Assembly (NCBI GenBank): GCA_964354495.1
Contig: CAYHAA010000011.1
Span: forward strand, 1 to 32,000
Reading direction: 5' to 3'
Origin: an uncultured archaeon
Lineage (GTDB): Archaea; Asgardarchaeota; Thorarchaeia; Thorarchaeales; Thorarchaeaceae
DNA: 32,000 nt
Position 1 is the first letter of the stretch; each line of letters opens with the position of its first letter. The translations under genes were made by a program, and so were the position numbers. Below, piece after piece: positions 8,112 through 17,135 of the stretch. The notes under the pieces were generated by a model that had not been told where the DNA came from, searched no databases, and saw only the letters and a program-made list of their open reading frames with translations.

Positions 8112-10439
8112 ATGACGCACGTCAATACTAAAATGATACTAAGTTTCATGATTGCTAGTGTGTTCTTACTCGGGTCTGTTACGACCCCAGTGTTCGCACT
8201 TCAATCTGTTATTATAGAACAAGTACAAAACACTACCTACGCTCCTGGAGCGAATAACCACACGTACATCTATGCGTCTGCAGATGATGCGTTCTTCCAG
8301 ACATCACATAGCAGACTGCACCTGAATGAGGACATCGACCTCACTAAATATGAGTATGATAGTTCAGGTTGGTCATCACCCGACTATTCTTATTCTGAAC
8401 CCACCAATATGCCATTCAACTGGCAACAGTATGGCACATTTGGTAGTGGTCCGTTCGGTAATCCTGGTCTCCTGCCATTATTCTACGATTTCATTGGCAG
8501 TGATGGATCTGGAGCACTGATCAACACAACACTTGAGAGAAGAGTATTCTCTCTAGCTTTTGGACAACACACGCCTGTTGTTGCTGATCCCGACTACACA
8601 TACTTCGGAACATTTGCTGTCAGCGGGCAAGAGTTTGTCCATCTGACTGTTGCCTCCCTGCAGGACGACATAGAATGGTATGTTGGAGTATATGACCCTC
8701 AGGGTCGTCTGATGGTCGAATACTTGGGAAGCGAGGGTGACATTGCAGTACTTCCATTCCGGCCGTCGATAGCTGGAACATACTACATAATCTTCGAAGC
8801 AGGACCAGTTACTGCGACTTTCTCACAGTTCGACTTCTATCTTGAAGCTATTGCGCCGCAGCTCCTTTCACCTGGCGAAGTCGTCACAGCCGACTTACCG
8901 ACTGGTGAGATGGTCGTGCTGCCTGAAACTGGAAGTCTAGCGCATGAGGAGATGGCTCCTACAACCCGCACGTACAAGGTTGATTCGGGAACAGGTGTTT
9001 CATCGTTCTATTACTCCTTCAACTATCCTGAGATGGCCTTCGGCATTACTCAGGGAGCTGTCATCGTGTTCTCAAGCGACGCTTTCGTATATGGCTACAT
9101 GGGCGGCGATCGATTCTCTTACGGGATTGCAAGCCCAACAAGTGATGTAATCAATTTCGTAGGTGGCATCTATTATGTAACAGTAATGGGTGGCGATAAT
9201 ATCGAATACACACTCTATGATGTGAGTGATGTGGCTGAGAGTCTTCCATTGGGCCACGAATTCCTCCTTGAGAACTACTATTCAGAATCTGTGACAACTG
9301 CATACAGCTTGAACCTTGATAGTCCCTCCCTCATAAAGATGAACTCAACAGAGGCTGCTGGTGCATATATTACCTACATACGAGGAGTAAATGAAGATGG
9401 ATACCTTCTGGAAGAGGAGCTTGTGGATGGAAATACTATTCCGGCTTCAGATTGGATATTCGTACCTGCTGGAAAGTACCTCATTGACATTAAAGCAAGC
9501 GCAGGGACTTCTGGATTCATTGAGTTCAACGTTGGCCCAATTGTTTCGGGCTATAGCGCAGACATTGTATACATTGGCGGTTTCATGGTCCCTACCACTC
9601 CTACCCATTACTACAATTTCAGCATAACGCTGAACAATGTCTACAATGTATCCTCGTACGTGGATATTGGTTTCTTTGATCAGTACTTCAGATACTTGTC
9701 GGCCTCGGGATTTACCATGGGAACATGGTATGATGGCTCGACAGCTGTTCCACACTCAACAGATCCTAGCAATGTGAATTTCACACTGGGCGTCCGAAAC
9801 TGGAGCGATGAGTTTGCCATTTTGGCCGTGGCTGTTTCTCCATACAACAACACGCTTGGCGTGGGAGAAGCATATCCCGACTATGCATTGGACTTCACAA
9901 TCGAGTGGACTGATACCACGTATTTTGATATCAATGACAACGTATCAATTGACGTGACCACAGGGGCAGACTCGTACAACTTCACTCTACCGTTTCCAGG
10001 ACTTGGTGCTGAATACTACTCTCTTGAACTGAACACTGTTCCAGGCACCTGGTACAATGTATCAATCAAGACCGGCGATGTATCGACGATTCCGTGGATA
10101 AACGAGATGGCTCCATATGATCATCGCACACACTCAATTCTGTGGGCTGATCTAAATGATGCCATTGTGGGTGCAGTGCCTGCCTTATCTATCCAGTTTG
10201 GCGCAATCTCGGACCTAGCATATCTCGATATGCGAGTGAATAGAGTGCTTGTTGAGGAGGGCTTCCTCTGGATTGAAGTGACACCATTGCCGACTCATGC
10301 CCTTGAGTTGTTGCCTCATCCACCGCCAGCCGGTGGTGACCTCCTTTCAATGCTCAGCGCTGTTGCCTTGCCCGTGGGTATCGGTGCAGCTGTCATAGTT
10401 GTGCTAGTTGTTGTCTACTTGAAGAAATTCAAGAAATAG
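8112..10439 (+). CDS. Large secreted, C-terminally membrane-anchored surface glycoprotein (beta-rich, unknown function)
   Basis: AGGTGA RBS before ATG 8112; signal-peptide-like N-terminus; many N-x-S/T sequons; Pro-rich linker, TM helix and KKFKK tail. Confidence 0.8.
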   Translation: MTHVNTKMILSFMIASVFLLGSVTTPVFALQSVIIEQVQNTTYAPGANNHTYIYASADDAFFQTSHSRLHLNEDIDLTKYEYDSSGWSSPDYSYSEPTNMPFNWQQYGTFGSGPFGNPGLLPLFYDFIGSDGSGALINTTLERRVFSLAFGQHTPVVADPDYTYFGTFAVSGQEFVHLTVASLQDDIEWYVGVYDPQGRLMVEYLGSEGDIAVLPFRPSIAGTYYIIFEAGPVTATFSQFDFYLEAIAPQLLSPGEVVTADLPTGEMVVLPETGSLAHEEMAPTTRTYKVDSGTGVSSFYYSFNYPEMAFGITQGAVIVFSSDAFVYGYMGGDRFSYGIASPTSDVINFVGGIYYVTVMGGDNIEYTLYDVSDVAESLPLGHEFLLENYYSESVTTAYSLNLDSPSLIKMNSTEAAGAYITYIRGVNEDGYLLEEELVDGNTIPASDWIFVPAGKYLIDIKASAGTSGFIEFNVGPIVSGYSADIVYIGGFMVPTTPTHYYNFSITLNNVYNVSSYVDIGFFDQYFRYLSASGFTMGTWYDGSTAVPHSTDPSNVNFTLGVRNWSDEFAILAVAVSPYNNTLGVGEAYPDYALDFTIEWTDTTYFDINDNVSIDVTTGADSYNFTLPFPGLGAEYYSLELNTVPGTWYNVSIKTGDVSTIPWINEMAPYDHRTHSILWADLNDAIVGAVPALSIQFGAISDLAYLDMRVNRVLVEEGFLWIEVTPLPTHALELLPHPPPAGGDLLSMLSAVALPVGIGAAVIVVLVVVYLKKFKK

Positions 10440-10448
10440 TGGAATTTC

Positions 10449-10485
10449 CTGACCCGGTTTCTTCCGGGTCAGCCTCTTTCTTTTT
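10449..10485 (+). terminator. Hairpin plus T-rich tract between convergent genes
   Basis: CTGACCCGG-TTTCTT-CCGGGTCAG (perfect 9-bp stem) followed by CCTCTTTCTTTTT. Confidence 0.7.
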
Positions 10486-10493
10486 GGTGTCGA

Positions 10494-11777
10494 TTATGTA
10501 TCTTCGCCATCTGTGATGACGAGAGCTTGTTCTCCACTGCTTCCATCAGGAACATCCTCAAGCAACCGGTTGAGGTAGTCACATGTCCCAGTCTCCAGTA
10601 CTTGTCGCACGATTCCCTCCATCTCATCATTGATGAGCAGTTTCTCCTTTAGGTGCCCTGCATCCATCAGCATCATGAGATCTTCAACACCCTGCTCTAG
10701 TCTGACCGATAGGTCATGAAACGGCTTACTCAAGTTCCATGGTCTGCCCAACATATACTGCTGATAGAACACTATATCCAGCATCACCCCGAGGACCCTG
10801 TAATTGGCCTCAGATTCAAATGGAAGCAGATGGCGTACTGACCTGTCCCGTATACCTACCTTCTTGCATATCTGGTGTCCGACCAACATTGTGTTGATAG
10901 GCAGCTTTCTCCATATTGGAATACCGTATCTATTGTCATCAGCATAGACAGCTCTGATTCTGTCAAGATACTCTGGGAAGCGCTTTCGAATGACTGACAG
11001 GAAATACTCTTTCTGCCGACCTGGTTTGAGGGTCATGCCTCCGAAGAGGATGAACTCTGCTCCTGCCGCCTTGGCATCTCTTGCCAGTCCCTCCATGTTT
11101 TCGTGTGTCGACCCAATCCAAGGTATGATTGGTGTAGCCATGACTCCCCCTGGAATTCCAGCTCTCCTCAGTTCCTTCAGAGCTTCGAGCCTGTCTGGCG
11201 TTGAAGAAGCTCGCGGCTCAATGATCTTGCGTATGCTATCATTGTGCAAGGTGATTGTGAACATCGTATTCACAAAAGCAGCTTCATTGAGTTCTCTTAG
11301 TAGATCAAGATCCCTGAGAACAAGGTTGGACTTGGTGAGAATCATAGCAGGAAGCCTGAAATCGAGCAGAGTTTCCAGAATCTGTCGCGTTATCTTGTAC
11401 TGTTTTTCTGCAGGTTGATATCCATCAGACACGCCTCCGCAGACTCCGATGACAATCCTGCGCGGTGTTCTCGTGGCTAGGCGTCTGGTATCCCCATCGG
11501 GAAGGAATGGCCATAGAGTTTCAGTTTCGAGCTCCTGCTGAGATGAATATCCAAGTTTCTTCAATTCCTTTCTGAGAATTTCGGGCGCATTCTCCTTAAC
11601 CCTGACATGAGTTGTGAAGTCGTCGACATGGTAGTACTCAGACATTCCATCGCAGTAGACGCAACCATGTTCACAGCCTCTGTAGGCATTGAGTGACCTG
11701 TTGACGTGAAACCATCCCTCAGCAAGCATCTCCTTCTTGGATAGGAGCGACTTTGCTTTGATACACTCATAACGCAC
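10494..11777 (-). CDS. Radical SAM protein, spore photoproduct lyase-like / Rv2578c family (COG1533)
   Basis: LNAYRGCEHGCVYC CxxxCxxC motif, SDGYQPAE, ILTKSNLVLRD, EPRASSTPDRL, PIIPWI. Confidence 0.88.
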   Translation of the reverse strand: MRYECIKAKSLLSKKEMLAEGWFHVNRSLNAYRGCEHGCVYCDGMSEYYHVDDFTTHVRVKENAPEILRKELKKLGYSSQQELETETLWPFLPDGDTRRLATRTPRRIVIGVCGGVSDGYQPAEKQYKITRQILETLLDFRLPAMILTKSNLVLRDLDLLRELNEAAFVNTMFTITLHNDSIRKIIEPRASSTPDRLEALKELRRAGIPGGVMATPIIPWIGSTHENMEGLARDAKAAGAEFILFGGMTLKPGRQKEYFLSVIRKRFPEYLDRIRAVYADDNRYGIPIWRKLPINTMLVGHQICKKVGIRDRSVRHLLPFESEANYRVLGVMLDIVFYQQYMLGRPWNLSKPFHDLSVRLEQGVEDLMMLMDAGHLKEKLLINDEMEGIVRQVLETGTCDYLNRLLEDVPDGSSGEQALVITDGEDT

Positions 11778-11929
11778 TACGAGACTTCTCCTTGAATCAG
11801 TTAGAGCATACGCAATTGTATCTTATGAAACGAGATAACACCTTCTTTTTTATTCGTCGTTCGGGAACAAAGAACATCTTGAGAAACCCTTTTCATGATG
11901 GAATAATCTAGCAAAGGGAGTGATAAGAG

Positions 11930-13675
11930 ATGTTTCTGGAACGCTCGGATGAATACCCTCTGGACCAGATGATTGATGTTGCATCTGGAAGAACGCGCGC
12001 TGGCCTTGTACTGAAGAATGCAAGTGTCGTGAATGTGTTCACTGGCGATATAACTCCGGGCGACATTGCGATTGATGGAGCATACATCGCTGGAATAGGC
12101 GAGTATAGCGGGAAGGAAGTCATCGACCTCAAGGGCAAATTCGTAGCGCCTTCGTTTATTGACGGTCACGTACATGTAGAGTCCTCAATGGTCATGCCAA
12201 TTCAGTATGCTCGCGCCGTTGTTCCCCATGGCACTGGAGCGGTTGTCGCTGACCCTCACGAGATCGCTAACGTCCTAGGTATGGAAGGTATCATGTACAT
12301 GAGCAAAAGTATGCGGGGTGGACCTCTCGAATTCTACATGATGCTCCCCTCATGTGTCCCTTCCACGGAATTGGAGACCAATGGAGTGGCTCTTGATTTT
12401 CTTGACATTAAGCCTCTCATGACAGAACATTATGTGTTGGGTCTGGCTGAAATGATGAACTATCCCGGCGTCATCTACAGAGACCCTGAGCTACTGGAGA
12501 AAATGACTGTCGCTCTCAAGATGGAGAAGCGAATCGATGGCCACGCTCCGGGTCTTGATGGTCTTGATTTGAATGCCTATGCGGCTGCAAGAATCACTTC
12601 TGAGCACGAATGCACGACTCTTGAAGAGGCGCGCAACAAACTGTCAAGAGGCATGCATATCCATATTCGTGAAGGTTCCACCGCAAGGAATCTTGAGGCT
12701 CTTGCTGCACTTATAACCCCCTATACTGCAGAGCAGTGCAGTTTCGCCACTGATGATCGCAACACGCTTGATTTGATAACGGAGGGCCATATCGACAGCA
12801 TGATTCGACATGCTATAGAACTTGGCGTTGACCCAGTGCAAGCCATCAAGGTCGCAACATTGTCTACGGCAAGGCACTATGGTCTTCGCTATGCCGGTGC
12901 AGTCGCTCCTGGGTATGTTGCGGACCTAGTGGTCTTGGACTCCCTCGAATCCGTGAAGGTCAACCGGGTATACAAACAGGGTGTGCTTGTGGCTAGGAAG
13001 GGCAAGATGGTTCAGGAGTTCGGCATTCAAGATCAACCAAGGTTGAGACGTTCTGTCAACATTCATTATCTCGAGCCTGAGGACTTTCAAGTGAAGGCAC
13101 GGGGTAGCCATATGAATGTCATTGGAATGATTCCGAACCAAATTATTACCGAACGGCTCATCGAAGAAGCGAAGGTTGTTGATGGTTTCGTTGTCCCTGA
13201 TATTGACCGTGACATAGTGAAGGTTTCTATCATTGAGAGGCACAATGCAACGGAGCCGAGCGCTGTGGGCTTTGTGCATGGAACAGGAATCAAGGAAGGT
13301 GCCATGGTCTCTTCAATTGCCCATGATAGTCACAATATCGTTGCTGTCGCAACAAGTGATAGCGACCTGATAACTGCTGCTATTCAGATTGTGAGAATGC
13401 AGGGTGGCATTGCAGTTGTGAAGGAAGGGAAAGTCATTGAGTCATTGTCGCTTCCAATCGCAGGCCTAATGTCGGACCAGACTGTAGAATATGTCAGCGA
13501 GAAGTTGACCTCGCTAAAGGAGGCAGCTCATGAGCTGGGGACTACATTGGATGAACCCTTCATGGCGATGGCATTCCTCTCTCTTCCGGTTATTCCAAAA
13601 CTGAAAATCACTGATCTAGGCCTTGTGGATGTGGAGCGGTTCAGACTCATTGACCTGTTTGATATGCCTGACTGA
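11930..13675 (+). CDS. ade: Adenine deaminase
   Basis: FIDGHVHVESS, DPHEIANV, LAEMMN, IDGHAP, IREGS, ATDD, HDSHN; 581 aa. Confidence 0.95.
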   Translation: MFLERSDEYPLDQMIDVASGRTRAGLVLKNASVVNVFTGDITPGDIAIDGAYIAGIGEYSGKEVIDLKGKFVAPSFIDGHVHVESSMVMPIQYARAVVPHGTGAVVADPHEIANVLGMEGIMYMSKSMRGGPLEFYMMLPSCVPSTELETNGVALDFLDIKPLMTEHYVLGLAEMMNYPGVIYRDPELLEKMTVALKMEKRIDGHAPGLDGLDLNAYAAARITSEHECTTLEEARNKLSRGMHIHIREGSTARNLEALAALITPYTAEQCSFATDDRNTLDLITEGHIDSMIRHAIELGVDPVQAIKVATLSTARHYGLRYAGAVAPGYVADLVVLDSLESVKVNRVYKQGVLVARKGKMVQEFGIQDQPRLRRSVNIHYLEPEDFQVKARGSHMNVIGMIPNQIITERLIEEAKVVDGFVVPDIDRDIVKVSIIERHNATEPSAVGFVHGTGIKEGAMVSSIAHDSHNIVAVATSDSDLITAAIQIVRMQGGIAVVKEGKVIESLSLPIAGLMSDQTVEYVSEKLTSLKEAAHELGTTLDEPFMAMAFLSLPVIPKLKITDLGLVDVERFRLIDLFDMPD

Positions 13676-13706
13676 GATCTGTATCAATGGGAGACTGCTG
13701 CCAGAA

Positions 13707-14537
13707 TTATGCAGAGAGCCCGAGCTTCACTCTTGCTCTTTTCAGCTGAATCCGCTTCTTATTTCCAATGTAAATTGCTCCAATAGAACCAATCAGTATC
13801 AGAAATGCTCCTATTATGAAGGCCGAGAGCAATGTCAAGAGGAATGTAGGATCTGGAAGCTGACGGAGATTGAAGTACAGTCCTCTCCAAAGGAGAAAAG
13901 CCGCTTCGATTATCAAGACGAACAAGAGAAGTACCCCGGATCCTAGCTGGCGCTCATGAACATACACCTGAAGAGCGGTCTGAAGCAGAAATGCTGCAAG
14001 CAAGTTACCCATGAGCATAAGAACGATGATGGGAAGCCCAGGAATCACTACACCAGCTATTACCCATGTAGGAAATAGACTGCCTAGGGAAGTGAAATAC
14101 TGCATAAAGAGCATCCCTAGAATAAAGATGAGTTCAAAGATCATCATTATCACCGCCCCTCCCCCGGTGACTCGAAGGATGATATTATCCGATCTGTCTG
14201 CCCATTCCATATTTGCCAGCCGCTGGTATTCTTCATTGAGTGGTCTTGCCCAATCACTTGCAGCAACGCAATCTGGTCTGGCGCAGTTAACGACAGTCAG
14301 TAGCTTACCGCCATAGTCACCGACGCGTTTCTCGATGCAATTCTCGCAGAGAAGATTGCCGCAGACGTGGCATACCTCCTTCGCTAGAACATCCGGATGG
14401 TTGAGGCAGTTTCTGCTCTGACTTGGCCCCAGAACTGGACTTGCACAGTAGCCGCAATAACTGACCTTGTCGTCAAATTCGATGAGGACCTTGCCGCCGC
14501 ACACAGGGCAGCTTATCATATCTGGAGTTGCGCTCAA
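13707..14537 (-). CDS. Zinc-ribbon + B-box-type zinc finger protein with C-terminal TM helices
   Basis: CPVC...CGYC, then CLNHP...CHVC...CENC...CARPDC, then 4-5 TM helices. TTG 14537 follows a GGAGGAG RBS and forms a TTGA overlap with the upstream stop. Confidence 0.75.
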   Translation of the reverse strand: MSATPDMISCPVCGGKVLIEFDDKVSYCGYCASPVLGPSQSRNCLNHPDVLAKEVCHVCGNLLCENCIEKRVGDYGGKLLTVVNCARPDCVAASDWARPLNEEYQRLANMEWADRSDNIILRVTGGGAVIMMIFELIFILGMLFMQYFTSLGSLFPTWVIAGVVIPGLPIIVLMLMGNLLAAFLLQTALQVYVHERQLGSGVLLLFVLIIEAAFLLWRGLYFNLRQLPDPTFLLTLLSAFIIGAFLILIGSIGAIYIGNKKRIQLKRARVKLGLSA

Positions 14538-15994
14538 TATCTCTCCTCCCAAAACGACTGAGCTGGCTGCGTATCTTCGTTTCTCCGGCGTTTCTCCGCC
14601 TCACGCCGTTTCCATGCCACCTCCAAAGCGCTGTCCTCCCATGACCTAGTGGCTGGTCTGAATTTCGACTCCTTCTGCTTTGGTTTCTTCTGCTCGACTA
14701 TGCTCTGAATTCGAACTACATCAATTGACTGAAAATCTGTTCTTCTGATCACCTTGATAGCTTCTATGGTCACTGCGATGAGACCTGCATAGAACAAGAA
14801 CGGTATTATGACAATTGCTCCGGCGAGTAGCAGCAATCCGGCTATGAGTGGAATGGCCACGATTATGATGACCATTATGATCAATGCACCTGCGCAATTA
14901 TCATTGCCCCCGCCTCCACCACCTTTGCCTATCGCGCTCAGCATTTCAAGTGGGAGCCGCCAGAGATGTTTCATTACACCACCATATGCTCCTAGAAAAC
15001 GCCTATAGATACCTCCGACTTTGGAGAACCTTGCACCTGCTGTCGAGAATAGCTTGTCGATAGGTATAACAAGAGATGTGGTAGTGACAGCTGGTCGGTA
15101 TCTTCCCTCGAAGCAAGTCCGACACATGAAGATCGTAGAACCTGCCCAGCGAGTATCGACAGGTGGTTCTTGGGCTGTTAGACATTTTCTGCAGAAATGA
15201 TTCCCACATACGGCGCATGTCGTTGCAGCCAAGTACTCTGGATGATTCTCGCACGGAACGAAGATGCTGCTCACTCCAAGCGTGACCCCACAGAAATCGC
15301 AGACAAGCCTGTTTCTGCTGACTTTCGTAAGAGGTGTAGCTCCTCCACAATTGGAGCAGAGTACTGCCATGCCTTCAGCAGTAGACTCCTTCCGGACCTC
15401 GAGCACACGTCTAGAGTCCTCCTCAGAGAGCTCTGTCACTCCGTCCGAAGCGAGTACAGCTGGCGCAAATGGCAGCGGTACCAACCCTTGTTCGTATCTC
15501 TTGGCCTCGCCTCTATCTCTGATGACTTTAGCGCCTGCTGGTGGCACGACTTTATTCCAGGCAAGGACCAGATAGAGAATAACCAATGCTTGAGTGACCA
15601 CTATTAGCGCTGTGAGATTGCCAATGGCGACCACAATCTCAAAATCAAAGAGAGGGACAGACCATGTATATTGCAGGCCGCGCATGAAGAGAAGCAGTCC
15701 AGACAGTCCCATGGCCGCAAGGCTATACATGATCTGAGCAATGACAGCATTCCTTCTGAGGTCATCTAGGTAGTTGCCGATGATCAGGCACGGCAGTGAG
15801 ACGCCAACAAACATGAGGAATGCATACGCATACCCGATTCCACCAGGTAACTCAGAGCTTCCGAAGATGGAGGCAACGACAAGTCCTATTGCTGCTAATA
15901 GACCCACCACTCCAAATGCCATCTGCTGGAGGCCAATGAATCTGAGTCCTCTGGGTCTGTCAAATATCGTGTGGATCGTGTCTTGTTCTGGCAA
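14534..15994 (-). CDS. Membrane protein with N-terminal TM helices, central zinc-ribbon + B-box-type finger, and a Gly-rich linker before a long hydrophobic segment
   Basis: About four TM helices, then CSNC...CDFC, CENHP...CAVC...CRKC...CRTC, then GKGGGGGG and a long hydrophobic stretch. TTG 15994 follows a GAGGAG RBS. Confidence 0.75.
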   Translation of the reverse strand: MPEQDTIHTIFDRPRGLRFIGLQQMAFGVVGLLAAIGLVVASIFGSSELPGGIGYAYAFLMFVGVSLPCLIIGNYLDDLRRNAVIAQIMYSLAAMGLSGLLLFMRGLQYTWSVPLFDFEIVVAIGNLTALIVVTQALVILYLVLAWNKVVPPAGAKVIRDRGEAKRYEQGLVPLPFAPAVLASDGVTELSEEDSRRVLEVRKESTAEGMAVLCSNCGGATPLTKVSRNRLVCDFCGVTLGVSSIFVPCENHPEYLAATTCAVCGNHFCRKCLTAQEPPVDTRWAGSTIFMCRTCFEGRYRPAVTTTSLVIPIDKLFSTAGARFSKVGGIYRRFLGAYGGVMKHLWRLPLEMLSAIGKGGGGGGNDNCAGALIIMVIIIVAIPLIAGLLLLAGAIVIIPFLFYAGLIAVTIEAIKVIRRTDFQSIDVVRIQSIVEQKKPKQKESKFRPATRSWEDSALEVAWKRREAEKRRRNEDTQPAQSFWEERY

Positions 15995-16181
15995 AGCACT
16001 TCTCCTCAAATCACGCTAGAAACAGGTGTTTCTCCTTCATTTCGAAGGCTTAAAACATATGCGCCCGCAATTGCTTGTAGAACCAGGTCGGCGTTTCGCA
16101 GACAATAGACGCAGGCAATCCTCATAAGAGGGGCATGCACATTAGTCTTCTGCAGTTACCTGATGAACTGAGGTCGCAAGA

Positions 16182-16373
16182 ATGACTGAGATTCCAATGC
16201 CTGGTGATTATGGGTCAACACGACCCCCTCAATCTGCTCCAAGCAAAGGCTGTTGCAAACGAATCTGCGAGTGTTGGCTGTACTTATTGTGCGGCTTCGT
16301 TCTTCTCGTCGTAGTCCTCGTGCTGCTCGGAATATATGGTCCATTGTACGGTCTGTTCGGAATGCTGCCCTAG
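16182..16373 (+). CDS. Small Pro-rich, Cys-rich, tail-anchored membrane protein (63 aa)
   Basis: GAGGT RBS at 16170-16174; sequence PPQSAPSKGCCKRICECWLYLLC followed by a TM helix. Confidence 0.6.
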   Translation: MTEIPMPGDYGSTRPPQSAPSKGCCKRICECWLYLLCGFVLLVVVLVLLGIYGPLYGLFGMLP

Positions 16374-16474
16374 ATGGGCTTGTCTAGAGGATGAATCCAA
16401 GCAGCTGCTGCCATCTATCTTATAACTGAGCATAGATAGAGAAACACAAATCCATACATGGAGAAACATTTCTC

Positions 16475-17134
16475 TTGGTCGACGTTGAAGACGAAGACAG
16501 ACGCAAAACGTTTCGTGAAGGCGGGCGTGTTCATAGAGTCATGAGGGCTTTGGAGCTCACTCATGGCGTGGAGATTGCACGAAGATACCTTGCAATGAAT
16601 GCTTTTGATGGAGCTCTCACGATGCTGGGGTTGGTTCTAGGTGGCCTTCTCACAATCAATCCGTCCAATTCACAGCCTGGATTTGCAGCGATTTTATTGG
16701 CAGCACTAGGAACTAGCATAGCTATGGCCGTTTCCGGGTTCAGTGGTTCATATCTGGCTGAGAGTGCAGAGCGAAACCGTGAAGTTGAGGATTTGGGTCG
16801 TGCGATGTTGACTGATATGAGTGATTCCATGTATGCAAGAGCTGGAAGGACAACCTCTGTTGTAGTGGCAATAGTTGATGGAGCTTCGCCGGCAGTAGCG
16901 GCTTTTCTCATAATCATCCCACTTCTCTTTGTACCGGCTGGCTACCTTAACTTTCGCGTTGCTTTCTATCTCTCACTAGGTATATGCATGCTGATATTGT
17001 TCCTGCTGGGATTGTTCCTAGGCGCAGTCTCCAAGAAGAATATGTGGGCATATGGTGCCAAGACACTCTTTGCTGGAATCATGACTGCTGTGCTGATGTT
17101 TTTCGTTTCATGGTTGACAGGAGCTGCTGGTTGA
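16475..17134 (+). CDS. VIT1/CCC1 family Fe/Mn transporter
   Basis: ARRYLAMNAFDGALTMLG, IAMAVSGFSGSYLAESAER, five-TM topology. Confidence 0.85.
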   Translation: MVDVEDEDRRKTFREGGRVHRVMRALELTHGVEIARRYLAMNAFDGALTMLGLVLGGLLTINPSNSQPGFAAILLAALGTSIAMAVSGFSGSYLAESAERNREVEDLGRAMLTDMSDSMYARAGRTTSVVVAIVDGASPAVAAFLIIIPLLFVPAGYLNFRVAFYLSLGICMLILFLLGLFLGAVSKKNMWAYGAKTLFAGIMTAVLMFFVSWLTGAAG

Positions 17135-17135
17135 A

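Noticed and set aside
11780-11929. Purine riboswitch upstream of adenine deaminase
   Set aside because: The purine aptamer consensus is not present. There is only a weak 6-bp CCCTTT/AAAGGG pairing over the RBS with a 20-nt loop.
16160-16174. CTGATGA followed by CTGA (hammerhead core or C/D box motifs)
   Set aside because: Only 1 nt separates the boxes, there is no stem II or GAAA partner, and the segment overlaps the GAGGT RBS of the microprotein.
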